Origin: Candidatus Kapaibacterium sp.
GTDB taxonomy: Bacteria; Bacteroidota; Ignavibacteria; Kapaibacteriales; Kapaibacteriaceae
Assembly (NCBI GenBank): GCA_030833725.1
Contig: JAURGP010000003.1
Span: 708-64,707, forward strand
Direction: 5' to 3'
Length of the DNA: 64,000 nucleotides
Shown: piece after piece, positions 1 to 7,961 of the stretch
How the letters are laid out: each line of letters opens with the position of its first letter
Position numbering within the stretch: position 1 is the stretch's first letter
Position numbers and translations under genes: made by a program
The notes under the pieces: generated by a model
Seen by the model: the letters and a program-made list of their open reading frames with translations, nothing else
Databases searched by the model: none
Told to the model about the DNA's origin: nothing

Positions 1-136
1 GGAGTGCCGATGCCTCGTTATGCACGTCCTCTACTTCCAGACCCAAGTCCGTCAGCACGGTCGCAATGCGCTCATCCGGCCACGTCGCGCGATCCAGCGG
101 TACAAACTCTTCCAGCCACGTTCTCGAGATTTTCAT
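1..136 (-). CDS. pheT: phenylalanine--tRNA ligase beta subunit, N-terminal fragment (runs off window)
   Basis: Reverse translation from ATG at 134-136 gives MKISRTWLEEFVPLDRATWPDERIATVLTDLGLEVEDVH..., the typical PheT N-terminal opening (MK.S..WL.E[FY]V). Confidence 0.6.
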   Translation of the reverse strand, partial: MKISRTWLEEFVPLDRATWPDERIATVLTDLGLEVEDVHNEASAL

Positions 137-145
137 GGTGTTGCA

Positions 146-204
146 GGTATCAGGTTGTCGGTATCAGGTTGTCCGCAGTTGGTTGTCTGCCGTTGGTTGT
201 CTGC
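146..204. repeat. two back-to-back 14-bp tandem duplications sharing the heptamer GGTTGTC
   Basis: ggtatcaggttgtc at 146-159 and 160-173 (identical). gttggttgtctgc at 178-190 and 192-204 (identical). GGTTGTC starts at 153, 167, 181 and 195, an exact 14-bp phase. Confidence 0.9.
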
Positions 205-238
205 AATCTAGCTGAACCAATTTCTACGCACAGTTGCC

Positions 239-246
239 CAAAGATA
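239..246 (-). promoter_or_regulatory. candidate -7 promoter box TATCTTTG for pheT
   Basis: Exact TAnnTTTG (Bacteroidota sigma-A -7 motif) on the minus strand, about 100 nt upstream of the pheT ATG. The same 8-mer precedes rpmH and pyrF. Confidence 0.4.
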
Positions 247-348
247 CATTCCGCAACATGTTATCTGCTGACATCCCGATTCCCCTTTGGCAATGACCCA
301 AAAGTTCCGTACACTTGTAGTCCAGTCGCGCGCAAGCGCACTACACAT

Positions 349-421
<73 letters not shown>

Positions 422-436
422 CACTTCTGAAGAGCT

Positions 437-480
437 AGGTCCTTGTAAATCAAGCATTTACAAGGACCTTGTTCGTTTTG
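437..480 (+). terminator. intrinsic terminator after tRNA-fMet
   Basis: Perfect 14-bp stem aggtccttgtaaat (437-450) / atttacaaggacct (456-469), loop caagc, followed by tgttcgttttg. The stem overlaps the last codons of the convergent methyltransferase gene. Confidence 0.7.
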
Positions 481-1145
481 AGCTCCTGTGCCGTCACTTC
501 GGATTTCCGGTGGTGCTGCACCCAAGCTGGGGGGAGGTTGAGCCAGACGTTGTCGCGCTGAACACCGGTTGCGCGGTACTGTTCGGCCAGTCGATGTTCG
601 ATGTGGGTGATTCGTTGTTGTTCGGCGCCGCGAGTGAGCCCCTTACGGATAGGACGGACGTACATGTATTCGAAGTAGCTGAGCGTTCCGCCATCCCGAA
701 GGAGATTGAAGTAGGCGTGGACAAGTTCATCCACGACAGTTGCGGAAAAGTTGTTGAGAGGGAGACTGGAGATGATGAAGTCGAACGGTTCTTCGGATTG
801 AAACTGCTGTAGGGACAGTTGGTGGATGGTGGTTTGATGATGAGCCTTAGCCCAGTTGGCTTCTGAATGGAATCGAGTCTGAATGAGCTTGACGAAATCT
901 GGGTTCAGTTCAACGAGGTGAAGTTGATCGTCGGGCGAAAGCAGTTGGAGGATGCGATTGGTCACCGGGGCTGTTCCAGGTCCGATCTCGAGGATCCGGA
1001 CGGGAATCTGGGTGTTCCGTACAGCAAGGAAGCGGGTCATGGCCGCAGCAAGGAAGCGGCTACTGGGGGCGATGGCTCCGGTTGTAGCGAACTGTGTGCG
1101 AACCTGCGAGAAGAATGCGAAGTGGCTTTGAAGCGTGCGATACAT
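450..1145 (-). CDS. class I SAM-dependent methyltransferase (phospholipid N-methyltransferase-like, COG3963-type)
   Basis: 231-aa ORF. Has the GAIAPSSRFLAAAM N-terminal motif and the SAM motif I ILEIGPGTAPVT. Confidence 0.7.
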   Translation of the reverse strand: MYRTLQSHFAFFSQVRTQFATTGAIAPSSRFLAAAMTRFLAVRNTQIPVRILEIGPGTAPVTNRILQLLSPDDQLHLVELNPDFVKLIQTRFHSEANWAKAHHQTTIHQLSLQQFQSEEPFDFIISSLPLNNFSATVVDELVHAYFNLLRDGGTLSYFEYMYVRPIRKGLTRGAEQQRITHIEHRLAEQYRATGVQRDNVWLNLPPAWVQHHRKSEVTAQELKTNKVLVNA

Positions 1146-1209
1146 GAGATCAATCTACGCAGCGGCAGACAGGAATCTACGAGCGAGTGTATCGAGGAAG
1201 CTAGGCCCC

Positions 1210-2172
1210 CTACAACGCCACACCAATCGTGACCGCTGCAACAAATGCTCTGGTAAGTCCATCAGGACGAACGTCACGGATGATCAGTGGCATGGCCAGA
1301 TCCACGCGCAAGTCAACACTGCGAGAGAGCATGTACCGGCCGGCGATGGCAGCATTCAAGGTAAGCCCGCGAGAGCCTGCTACCTCCGCTCCTTCCACAC
1401 GGTCGGCCTGAAGGCGGTAGATCGCCAATAGGGACGGCGTGATGCTGACGTCCCACGCTGATAGTGTATACGTGAGGCGGGCCACGGCATCATTGCCCCG
1501 TACGAGATCCTTCGAGGTGAAGTATCCCTCACCATCATCCACGTAGGCATTGGAATTGCCATTCTGAAGCACGTGCTGGTATCCCAGTGCCACGGCCCAT
1601 GCGTCCATCGATACCGATGCCCCTAGCAGCAGATCAGTGGTACCAAGACCTGTTTGATAGGGCATTGGTAGGGGGCTTCCAGCAGCGGTCCCAGACGTAG
1701 AGGAAGCATCGGTGGATCCCGTTGGCAATCGGGTGCCAACCGTTACTCCAATCTCCGTGCTCGCGTCCACAGCCATCGTGTTCGACACACTGATCATGGC
1801 ATCACCGATGCCGGCATGAGACGTGGACAACCCCTTGAGGACACCCGTCGCATACACGTATGGCAGCGAGGCCTTCACGGCGAGTGTACCCGTCGTGATG
1901 GGTGAAGCAATCGTCCACGAGGCCTCGGGCACAACTTGGAGAATCGTGACCCCGTTCTCCCCTGCCCCGAATACCGACTGCACCTGGATGCGCAGCGGTT
2001 GCGGGGATCTGTCATCGTAGTATTCGGAGTCGTCGGCATGAAAACCGGCTTGCACCGTACCGATCGTGCAGACACCGGCGTCGCTACACCCCTGAGCCTG
2101 AACGCGAGGTGCCATCAGCACACTCAGCACGGCAACAGCAATGATGCGGAATGTGGTTACCCTCACGGGCAC
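1210..2172 (-). CDS. putative outer-membrane beta-barrel protein (transporter/MetA-like)
   Basis: 320-aa ORF with a GTG start. Signal peptide ends ...APRVQAQ, followed by alternating-hydrophobic beta-strand-like sequence. Overlaps the upstream gene by 10 nt. Confidence 0.5.
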   Translation of the reverse strand: MPVRVTTFRIIAVAVLSVLMAPRVQAQGCSDAGVCTIGTVQAGFHADDSEYYDDRSPQPLRIQVQSVFGAGENGVTILQVVPEASWTIASPITTGTLAVKASLPYVYATGVLKGLSTSHAGIGDAMISVSNTMAVDASTEIGVTVGTRLPTGSTDASSTSGTAAGSPLPMPYQTGLGTTDLLLGASVSMDAWAVALGYQHVLQNGNSNAYVDDGEGYFTSKDLVRGNDAVARLTYTLSAWDVSITPSLLAIYRLQADRVEGAEVAGSRGLTLNAAIAGRYMLSRSVDLRVDLAMPLIIRDVRPDGLTRAFVAAVTIGVAL

Positions 2173-2933
2173 TTACTCCTTAGTGGCGCATCCGTCCGCA
2201 GGTATCTACACAATTCAAGAAACGGAAACTCGATCGCTGAGGATGGATTCGACCGTGGAATGGTAGCCTCGATGTCTTCGGGGAGGTCAAACATCGTATC
2301 GTCCGTCCACTCCACACCGGTGTCGATCACGGCAAAGCGCTCGGCCTTGATGTTGCGCTGGTCTACCAGCATACGCAATACGGCCGACACGTCTGCGCGC
2401 AAGATTCCAAGCTCTTGCTTGTAGTACGATAGGATGATGTCCTGATGCTCGGCCTCGATCAACGGCCACCAGCGAAGCATTCCTTCATAGATCCGCTGGC
2501 CCAACGTATCGGCAAAACGATCCTGCTTCTGAGGATCGAGTTCGTCCCAGAGCGACCACTCCTTGGTAGAAACCGTAAACCACAGGCGAGGCAGAAACGG
2601 CTTCTGACCGTCGATCTGCACCTCAAGCCACAGCTCTGGTACGTCCGCAAAGTTGACCGTCGGCTTCTGCTGGCCGAGCATCACATCGAACCGCCCCTTG
2701 TCCACCTTTACCGGATACGATTCCTCGAGCAACAAACTGCCCCCTTCCACTTGATCGTACACGCGAAACGCGATCTGATACTCGCCATCGGCAAGGGGCT
2801 CTCCACTATCGGTGGTGAGCATCCCGGAGTATGGCACCAGACCATTGGACTGCGCGTGCACGGGTACGCTGGTCAGGTTGAGGAGCGTGATTACAGCGCA
2901 GAGAAGAGCGAATGCACGAGGCATACTGTTCAT
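2163..2933 (-). CDS. secreted hypothetical protein
   Basis: ORF 2163..2996 trimmed to ATG 2931-2933 (MNSMPRAFALLCAVITLLNLTSVPVHAQ signal peptide). No family recognised. Confidence 0.55.
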   Translation of the reverse strand: MNSMPRAFALLCAVITLLNLTSVPVHAQSNGLVPYSGMLTTDSGEPLADGEYQIAFRVYDQVEGGSLLLEESYPVKVDKGRFDVMLGQQKPTVNFADVPELWLEVQIDGQKPFLPRLWFTVSTKEWSLWDELDPQKQDRFADTLGQRIYEGMLRWWPLIEAEHQDIILSYYKQELGILRADVSAVLRMLVDQRNIKAERFAVIDTGVEWTDDTMFDLPEDIEATIPRSNPSSAIEFPFLELCRYLRTDAPLRSKCP

Positions 2934-3004
2934 ATCAATACCACGAGATGGATCATAACACTCTTTCAAGATACTTGGAAAGTGCGGTATCAACACCCAA
3001 CTCC

Positions 3005-5809
3005 CTAGTGCACCACAACCTTGTGTTGTTGCAACACAGCACCACGTGCATCGCAGAGCACGGCAACAGCTACTTGGTAGGAGAGGTGATGTGTAGGCAG
3101 GATCGCACTTCGCATCTCAGCCGACACCGGCACCGTGGCAAGAATCTCCCCACGCACGGACAGGAGACGCACAAACGAGACACTGCCCGCCCCCCACGCA
3201 ACGTGTACACCTTCCGTGGTGTGCGTCACCGTCATCGCCACGTCGGTGTCTTCAGAGACACTTGTTGTGCGTGTGGAAGCCTTCCAAATGGAGAACGGCT
3301 TCGGTCCGGTTCCGTTCGACTCGAACTCCACACGAATGGAGTCGACGCCCGCATCGGTGCGGCGGTAGCATACATCTTTGACCTGGTACCACGACTTGGG
3401 CGGAATGATGTACGGCAGTGCCGTGAGTGCGCCCGGAGAAAGGGAGAAGTTAGATCCGGCCAACCCCGTGATACGCGTAATCACCAGCGTATCGGAACCC
3501 GTATTCGAGATGCGCAGGCCACCTGACTTACACGTCAGTTCGGACGGCAGCACCACGCCAACGTCGTAGTCCTCCACATCGATGCGTGGCTCAGTTGCCA
3601 TACCTCTGGCTACAAGCTCCACACCGCCACACTCTGTCGTGACCACGACGAGTGTGTCTATGTCTACGTTGTTGGGAGCATTCTCCGTTTCGACGTCGGC
3701 AAGGTAGGTCACCGTGACAGCATGCTTCTCATTAGGTGCCAGCACCAGCGGTTGGGTGATCGCACCGGCAGTGATGGAAAATCGAGTACCCGCACGAAGG
3801 TCGATACTCTGGATGGTGATGCTGGTACGAAGCTGGTTCGTCATCGTGACCGTACTCTGGGCCGGCACATTCACACGGGTCCTGCCGAAGTTCAGCTGCA
3901 CACTATCTGCTACCAGACGCTCCTGATTGTAGATGCACGAGTCAATCGTCGTGTTTCCACGCCAGTCACGCACGAAGTACACGCACCGTGCATCCTTGGT
4001 GGGGTCGATCACGTCGAACTGATACCGAAAGCGGGTGTAGGGCTCATTACGCGGGAAGGAGGAGTCGGTGAGGAGCGTGAGCCGGTAGTTCGTGTTTCCT
4101 GCGCCAGGAAGCGTATCGATCAGGGCAATGCCGGTCTCCACCTGGTCAAGGGGCTCTGGCTGCTGCCGCGGAGGATCAGGGATGTTCCTGAGTTCCGTTG
4201 CCTCGCCCTCATAGCGTCCACAGGAGTTTGCCACCGTGATGACAGGCCGTAGCGTATCAATGGATTGCACGTTACTGGCGGCCGAAGCAAGGGGCCAGCC
4301 GTAGGCATCCACGCTTCCAGTGCCATAGACGTAGCCACCGAAGAGGACCTGACCATTGCTCGTAATAGTGTGGGCTGCACCACTGGTGGTAAACTCTAAG
4401 AGCGTCCAGTAGCGCCCGTCCGGCATGCGATTTTCGAGCAAGCTGGGACCCTGTACAGCAGGATGGTTCCACACGGGAACGCCATCAATCATGATGGATG
4501 TCAGATCCGTCTCAAGATTTGGCGAGGACGTGTTAGCCTTGACCATCAGCTGCAACCAATGCTTGGTAAACGCGGTGTTTGTGGGAAACTGGAAGACCGT
4601 ATTGGTAACGTACTGTTCCTCTGGACTAAGGGTTACCATGAACGGATCGAACGCCTGGCTGCTATCCCATGAGGCTGAACAGGAGTACTGCACGACCTGG
4701 ATGGGCTTGTCGGACTCCCACACGGCATAGCCGTGCGTGAGTATCGTCGGCGCGTTTGACTGTGCTAGGTCCACGAAGCCCCCAGCATCGGCGATGAGTC
4801 CGCCCCCTTGTCCGATCAGGGACTTGGTTTGTTTGTCGTAGTACTTCAGGGTCCAGAGTGTATTGGCATCACGGGCGATCACGCGGAACACATCCCCCTT
4901 TCCCGTGTTACCGGTGCCCGAACGAGCAAACTCCATGGAAGAGTATCGCACCCCCCACATCGACGTCGGTGGCGTCATCTCCACGAGGTGGTTCCGCCCA
5001 TTACCGTTCACCAAGAGATTAGGCATCGTCGTCCGCTCGTGGAAGGAGAGGAGTCCCACCGGTTTCGTCGAGGTGATCCTTGTTCCCGTAAGATCAAACA
5101 CGCCACGCGTCGTACCATCCCCTTTCACCATGTACACATCGCCTGCATCAAGCGTCACGGTGAATGGCGCGCTACCCAACTCGCGCCCACCAGAGGTTTT
5201 TGCCTGCGAGCCGCCGCTTCCTCGTAGTTGGATGGTGACCTGTGTTTGATCTTCTCCAGCAACCACCACAAAGCCCCCTGCCCACGGTCTCGTTTCTCGG
5301 AAATCATAGTAAGACACAGCAAGGTATTCCTTGCCCCATGCACTCGTTGGCAGCGCCATGTATCCATCCGACGACGTCACTTTGGAGTTAAGTACATATA
5401 CGGATATTGGCATTTGTGACGTAATCCGTATTCCTTGACGCACCACCGCTTCCGCATTACGCACTTCCCACTGCCAGCTTGTTTCACCACGCACATCCGA
5501 AAGCGTCCGTACCTCATATGGCTTCAACGTCCGCTTGTACAATTGGTTCGTCGCGGCATCAAACACCGTAATCTGAGTGTCATACTGCGAGGCCACGTAG
5601 ACCTCTAGAGCTTGTACCGGAAAGGGGTTCACCTCATTCGGTGGGATAGCGATCCAGTATTCCGTCCCCAGCGTTGCATCGGCATTAAGCATCTGCTCAA
5701 GCGTTGGCGCTTTATGCTGGGCCACCAGCGCGCCTGGAGTAGCCAGTGCTAGCCCAAGAAGGACCATGCTAAAGATAGACCGCCGCAGAGTGTAGATGAT
5801 GGTACGCAT
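3005..5809 (-). CDS. large T9SS-sorted surface protein (IgGFc-binding-like N-terminal region, choice-of-anchor-D-like repeats, C-terminal sorting domain)
   Basis: ORF 3005..5830 trimmed to ATG 5807-5809, which has an AGGAG 5 nt upstream. Signal peptide ...PGALVAQ. The last ~80 aa resemble a T9SS C-terminal domain. Confidence 0.7.
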   Translation of the reverse strand: MRTIIYTLRRSIFSMVLLGLALATPGALVAQHKAPTLEQMLNADATLGTEYWIAIPPNEVNPFPVQALEVYVASQYDTQITVFDAATNQLYKRTLKPYEVRTLSDVRGETSWQWEVRNAEAVVRQGIRITSQMPISVYVLNSKVTSSDGYMALPTSAWGKEYLAVSYYDFRETRPWAGGFVVVAGEDQTQVTIQLRGSGGSQAKTSGGRELGSAPFTVTLDAGDVYMVKGDGTTRGVFDLTGTRITSTKPVGLLSFHERTTMPNLLVNGNGRNHLVEMTPPTSMWGVRYSSMEFARSGTGNTGKGDVFRVIARDANTLWTLKYYDKQTKSLIGQGGGLIADAGGFVDLAQSNAPTILTHGYAVWESDKPIQVVQYSCSASWDSSQAFDPFMVTLSPEEQYVTNTVFQFPTNTAFTKHWLQLMVKANTSSPNLETDLTSIMIDGVPVWNHPAVQGPSLLENRMPDGRYWTLLEFTTSGAAHTITSNGQVLFGGYVYGTGSVDAYGWPLASAASNVQSIDTLRPVITVANSCGRYEGEATELRNIPDPPRQQPEPLDQVETGIALIDTLPGAGNTNYRLTLLTDSSFPRNEPYTRFRYQFDVIDPTKDARCVYFVRDWRGNTTIDSCIYNQERLVADSVQLNFGRTRVNVPAQSTVTMTNQLRTSITIQSIDLRAGTRFSITAGAITQPLVLAPNEKHAVTVTYLADVETENAPNNVDIDTLVVVTTECGGVELVARGMATEPRIDVEDYDVGVVLPSELTCKSGGLRISNTGSDTLVITRITGLAGSNFSLSPGALTALPYIIPPKSWYQVKDVCYRRTDAGVDSIRVEFESNGTGPKPFSIWKASTRTTSVSEDTDVAMTVTHTTEGVHVAWGAGSVSFVRLLSVRGEILATVPVSAEMRSAILPTHHLSYQVAVAVLCDARGAVLQQHKVVVH

Positions 5810-5940
5810 GGCAACTCCTGTTGGTAACAAATGTGATTAAGCGCTATTGCTCAATTCACGTGCCAATTCGACTGTTTTTCGGTAAAGTCCAGTCGCTTCA
5901 GCCCCATTACCAACACCTATCACCCTAACTGGTTGCAACG

Positions 5941-5993
5941 TGTACATGGTGATGTACACAAAGTGTACATCAAGATGTACATCGAGGTGTACA
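5941..5993. repeat. five phased copies of the palindrome TGTACA
   Basis: TGTACA at 5941, 5953, 5964, 5976 and 5988 (spacing 12, 11, 12, 12). The unit is roughly GATGTACATCNA. Confidence 0.9.
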
Positions 5994-6030
5994 GTCGTGG
6001 GGAGGGGGCTTGGGGCGGAGGTCCCCTTCG

Positions 6031-6203
6031 CGTCTTCGCTCCGCTCAGCCGCTCGAGAATGACGCGGGTGTGCGTAATGTGCGCAGCATGCGCGCCGAAG
6101 GCGCGCACAGTGAAAGACAGGCGGAGCGTTGCGTCATCCTCGAGCGTAGCGAAGAGGACCTCAGCGCACCGCGTCTTCTCCCCTCTCACGAAGGTGAGAG
6201 GGG
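6031..6203 (-). other. GC-rich nested inverted-repeat element (candidate structured RNA or REP-like element)
   Basis: Four stems: 6033-6040/6148-6155 (8 bp), 6051-6065/6131-6145 (15 bp), 6089-6096/6100-6107 (8 bp) and 6180-6189/6194-6203 (10 bp). The only mismatch in the 15-bp stem is A-C on the plus strand but a G-U wobble on the minus strand. Confidence 0.3.
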
Positions 6204-6215
6204 CAGGGGTAGAGT

Positions 6216-6252
6216 ACAAAACAAAAAGCCCGTAAGTCATTGACTTACAGGC
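6216..6252 (-). terminator. intrinsic terminator after tRNA-Val
   Basis: Stem 6228-6238/6242-6252, 11 bp. One position is a G-U wobble only on the minus strand. Followed on the minus strand by TTTTTGTTTTGT (6227-6216). Confidence 0.75.
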
Positions 6253-6274
6253 TCTTCGTGAGATTACACTCGGG

Positions 6275-6349
6275 TGGGCAGTGAGGGATTTGAACCCCCG
6301 ACCCTCTGCTTGTAAGGCAGATGCTCTGAACCAGCTGAGCTAACTGCCC
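6275..6349 (-). tRNA. tRNA-Val (anticodon TAC)
   Basis: Reverse complement GGGCAGT-TA-GCTC-AGCTGGTTC-AGAGC-A-TCTGC-CTTACAA-GCAGA-GGGTC-GGGGG-TTCAAAT-CCCTC-ACTGCCC-A folds as a canonical cloverleaf. Confidence 0.92.
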
Positions 6350-6435
6350 GAGTTGTGAGAGCAACAATGCTACGGAAAGTTTCGGAGTTGCGAAAACACT
6401 TTTTTGGAGGAGGTTGTGCCCACGTTGATTGCGTC

Positions 6436-6462
6436 AAACGACAGCCTCTAAACGACAGCCTC
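6436..6462. repeat. 14-bp tandem duplication spanning the nfu stop codon
   Basis: aaacgacagcctc at 6436-6448 and again at 6450-6462. On the coding strand both copies read GAGGCTGTCGTTT followed by a stop (TAG, then TGA). Confidence 0.85.
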
Positions 6463-6684
6463 CACACGACGGACCTCTGGGACGGCAAGGCGCAACGTGC
6501 GCTCGATGCCGGCGCGCATTGTCATCGGCAGCATGGCACAGTGCGTGCAGGCACCGGTGAAGCGGAGCTGAACAACACCTAACTCGGGTTCGAAGCACAC
6601 GAACTCGACGTTGCCCTCATCTCGCTCGAGATACGGACGGACGTGGACCAGAGCAGCTTGGATGCGTTCTTCGACGGATTCCAT
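6448..6684 (-). CDS. nfuA: NifU C-terminal domain (Nfu-type) Fe-S cluster scaffold/carrier protein
   Basis: 78 aa. VRPYLERDEGNVEF...TGACTHCAM shows the CxxC motif typical of the Nfu/NifU C-terminal domain. Confidence 0.85.
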   Translation of the reverse strand: MESVEERIQAALVHVRPYLERDEGNVEFVCFEPELGVVQLRFTGACTHCAMLPMTMRAGIERTLRLAVPEVRRVEAVV

Positions 6685-6694
6685 GAAAGCGGGC

Positions 6695-6730
6695 TAATGA
6701 CAGCAGTAATGACAGCGGTAATGACAGGAT
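6695..6730. repeat. 12-bp tandem repeat x3 filling the mrp-nfu spacer
   Basis: taatgacagcag / taatgacagcgg / taatgacaggat at 6695, 6707 and 6719. On the minus strand this reads CTGTCATTA x3, immediately upstream of the nfu ATG (6684). Confidence 0.9.
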
Positions 6731-6731
6731 G

Positions 6732-7820
6732 CTACAGTTCGATCGTTAGTTCCGACGACTCGTTTGAGCGATTCTTTCGGCGTACCTGAGCCACAATGGC
6801 AGCAGCGATCGAGCGAATCGCGTCGCCATGGGCGCCGGCCTCGGGATCGAGTACAAAGGGCATGCCGTCGTCGCCGGCTTCGCGGATACGTACGTCGATC
6901 GGTACTTCACCCAACAACGGGACGTCGTACTCGGCAGCCACTGCCGCTCCGCCCCCTTCACCAAAAATGTGGTAGCGCTTCTCGGGCATGTCTGGAGGCA
7001 CGAAGTAGCTCATGTTCTCGACAATGCCCAGCACATCCACATTCACCTTACGGAACATCTGAATCGAGCGGCGCACGTCGGCCAGAGCGATCTCCTGAGG
7101 CGTGGTCACGACTACGGCTCCCGTTAATGGAATGCGCTGCGTCATGGTCAGCTGGATGTCGCCCGTTCCCGGAGGCAGGTCAAACAGCAGGAAGTCCAGC
7201 TCGCCCCACTGAATCTGATCGACCAGTGTGGAGAAGTAGCCAGCCAGCATGGGACCGCGCAGAATGGCGGCCTGGTCGCGTTCCATCACAAATCCGATGG
7301 AAGCCACCTTTACGCCAAACGCCTCATTAGGATAGCCAATGATCTTGCCGTCCTCGGAGCGGTCGGCGCGCATTTGTGTGCCAGCAAGACCGTACATCGT
7401 GGGTTGCGATGGGCCATAGACGTCTGCATCAAGAAGACCTACGGTTGCACCGCCTTGGGCCAGCGCCGCGGCAAGGTTCGCTGAAAGCGTCGATTTCCCT
7501 ACACCGCCCTTACCGGAAGCAATGGCCACCAGATTCTTGACGCCGGCAATGCCTTTGCTGCGCTGCTGCGTAGGCAAACCGGTCTCACGCACGAAGATCT
7601 CCACTTCAGCCTGTGGGAAGTTGGCCGTGATCGTGGCGATACAGTCGTGCTCGAGGCGACGAGCTACCCAGTGAACTGGTTGGACGACTTGCAGGTAGAC
7701 TGACACCCGATTGCCGTCCACGTGGACGTCGTGGATCGTGCCAAGATTGGTAAGGGGCTGGCCCAAATCGGGATCGATGAGGGTGCCGAGAAGCTCGCGG
7801 ACGGCTGATGCTGTAACCAT
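6732..7820 (-). CDS. apbC: Mrp/ApbC/NBP35-family Fe-S cluster carrier ATPase
   Basis: 362 aa. N-terminal DUF59-like region, deviant Walker A IASGKGGVGKST, and the CxxC-equivalent region. Confidence 0.9.
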   Translation of the reverse strand: MVTASAVRELLGTLIDPDLGQPLTNLGTIHDVHVDGNRVSVYLQVVQPVHWVARRLEHDCIATITANFPQAEVEIFVRETGLPTQQRSKGIAGVKNLVAIASGKGGVGKSTLSANLAAALAQGGATVGLLDADVYGPSQPTMYGLAGTQMRADRSEDGKIIGYPNEAFGVKVASIGFVMERDQAAILRGPMLAGYFSTLVDQIQWGELDFLLFDLPPGTGDIQLTMTQRIPLTGAVVVTTPQEIALADVRRSIQMFRKVNVDVLGIVENMSYFVPPDMPEKRYHIFGEGGGAAVAAEYDVPLLGEVPIDVRIREAGDDGMPFVLDPEAGAHGDAIRSIAAAIVAQVRRKNRSNESSELTIEL

Positions 7821-7853
7821 AGGACAGGTAGGTAGTCGTTAGTGGGCGGACAT

Positions 7854-7861
7854 CAAAAATA
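7854..7861 (-). promoter_or_regulatory. candidate -7 box TATTTTTG for mrp/apbC
   Basis: Exact TAnnTTTG on the minus strand, 34 nt upstream of the ATG at 7820. Confidence 0.4.
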
Positions 7862-7892
7862 CGTGCTTCGGCCAAGGTAGGCGCATCCGTTG

Positions 7893-7900
7893 TACATTTG
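7893..7900 (+). promoter_or_regulatory. candidate -7 box TACATTTG for the BNR-repeat T9SS gene
   Basis: Exact TAnnTTTG, 62 nt upstream of the ATG at 7962. Confidence 0.4.
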
Positions 7901-7961
7901 CAGTGTGAAATCCGCAACGAACCGGCAACCAATGTTCCATGTTATCAATCGGAGATCAGCG

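Noticed and set aside
5941-5993. Whether any of the tandem arrays (5941-5993, 6695-6730, 146-204, 58204-58232) could be CRISPR arrays.
   Set aside because: The units are 11-14 bp, directly abutting, with no unique spacers. No cas genes are present.
5920-6243. Three mutually overlapping ORFs of about 77-106 aa in the tRNA-Val/adhesin spacer.
   Set aside because: They overlap one another in different frames and strands. They are built from the TGTACA array and the inverted repeats, and have Arg/Ala/Ser-rich nonsense composition. The region is better explained as non-coding.
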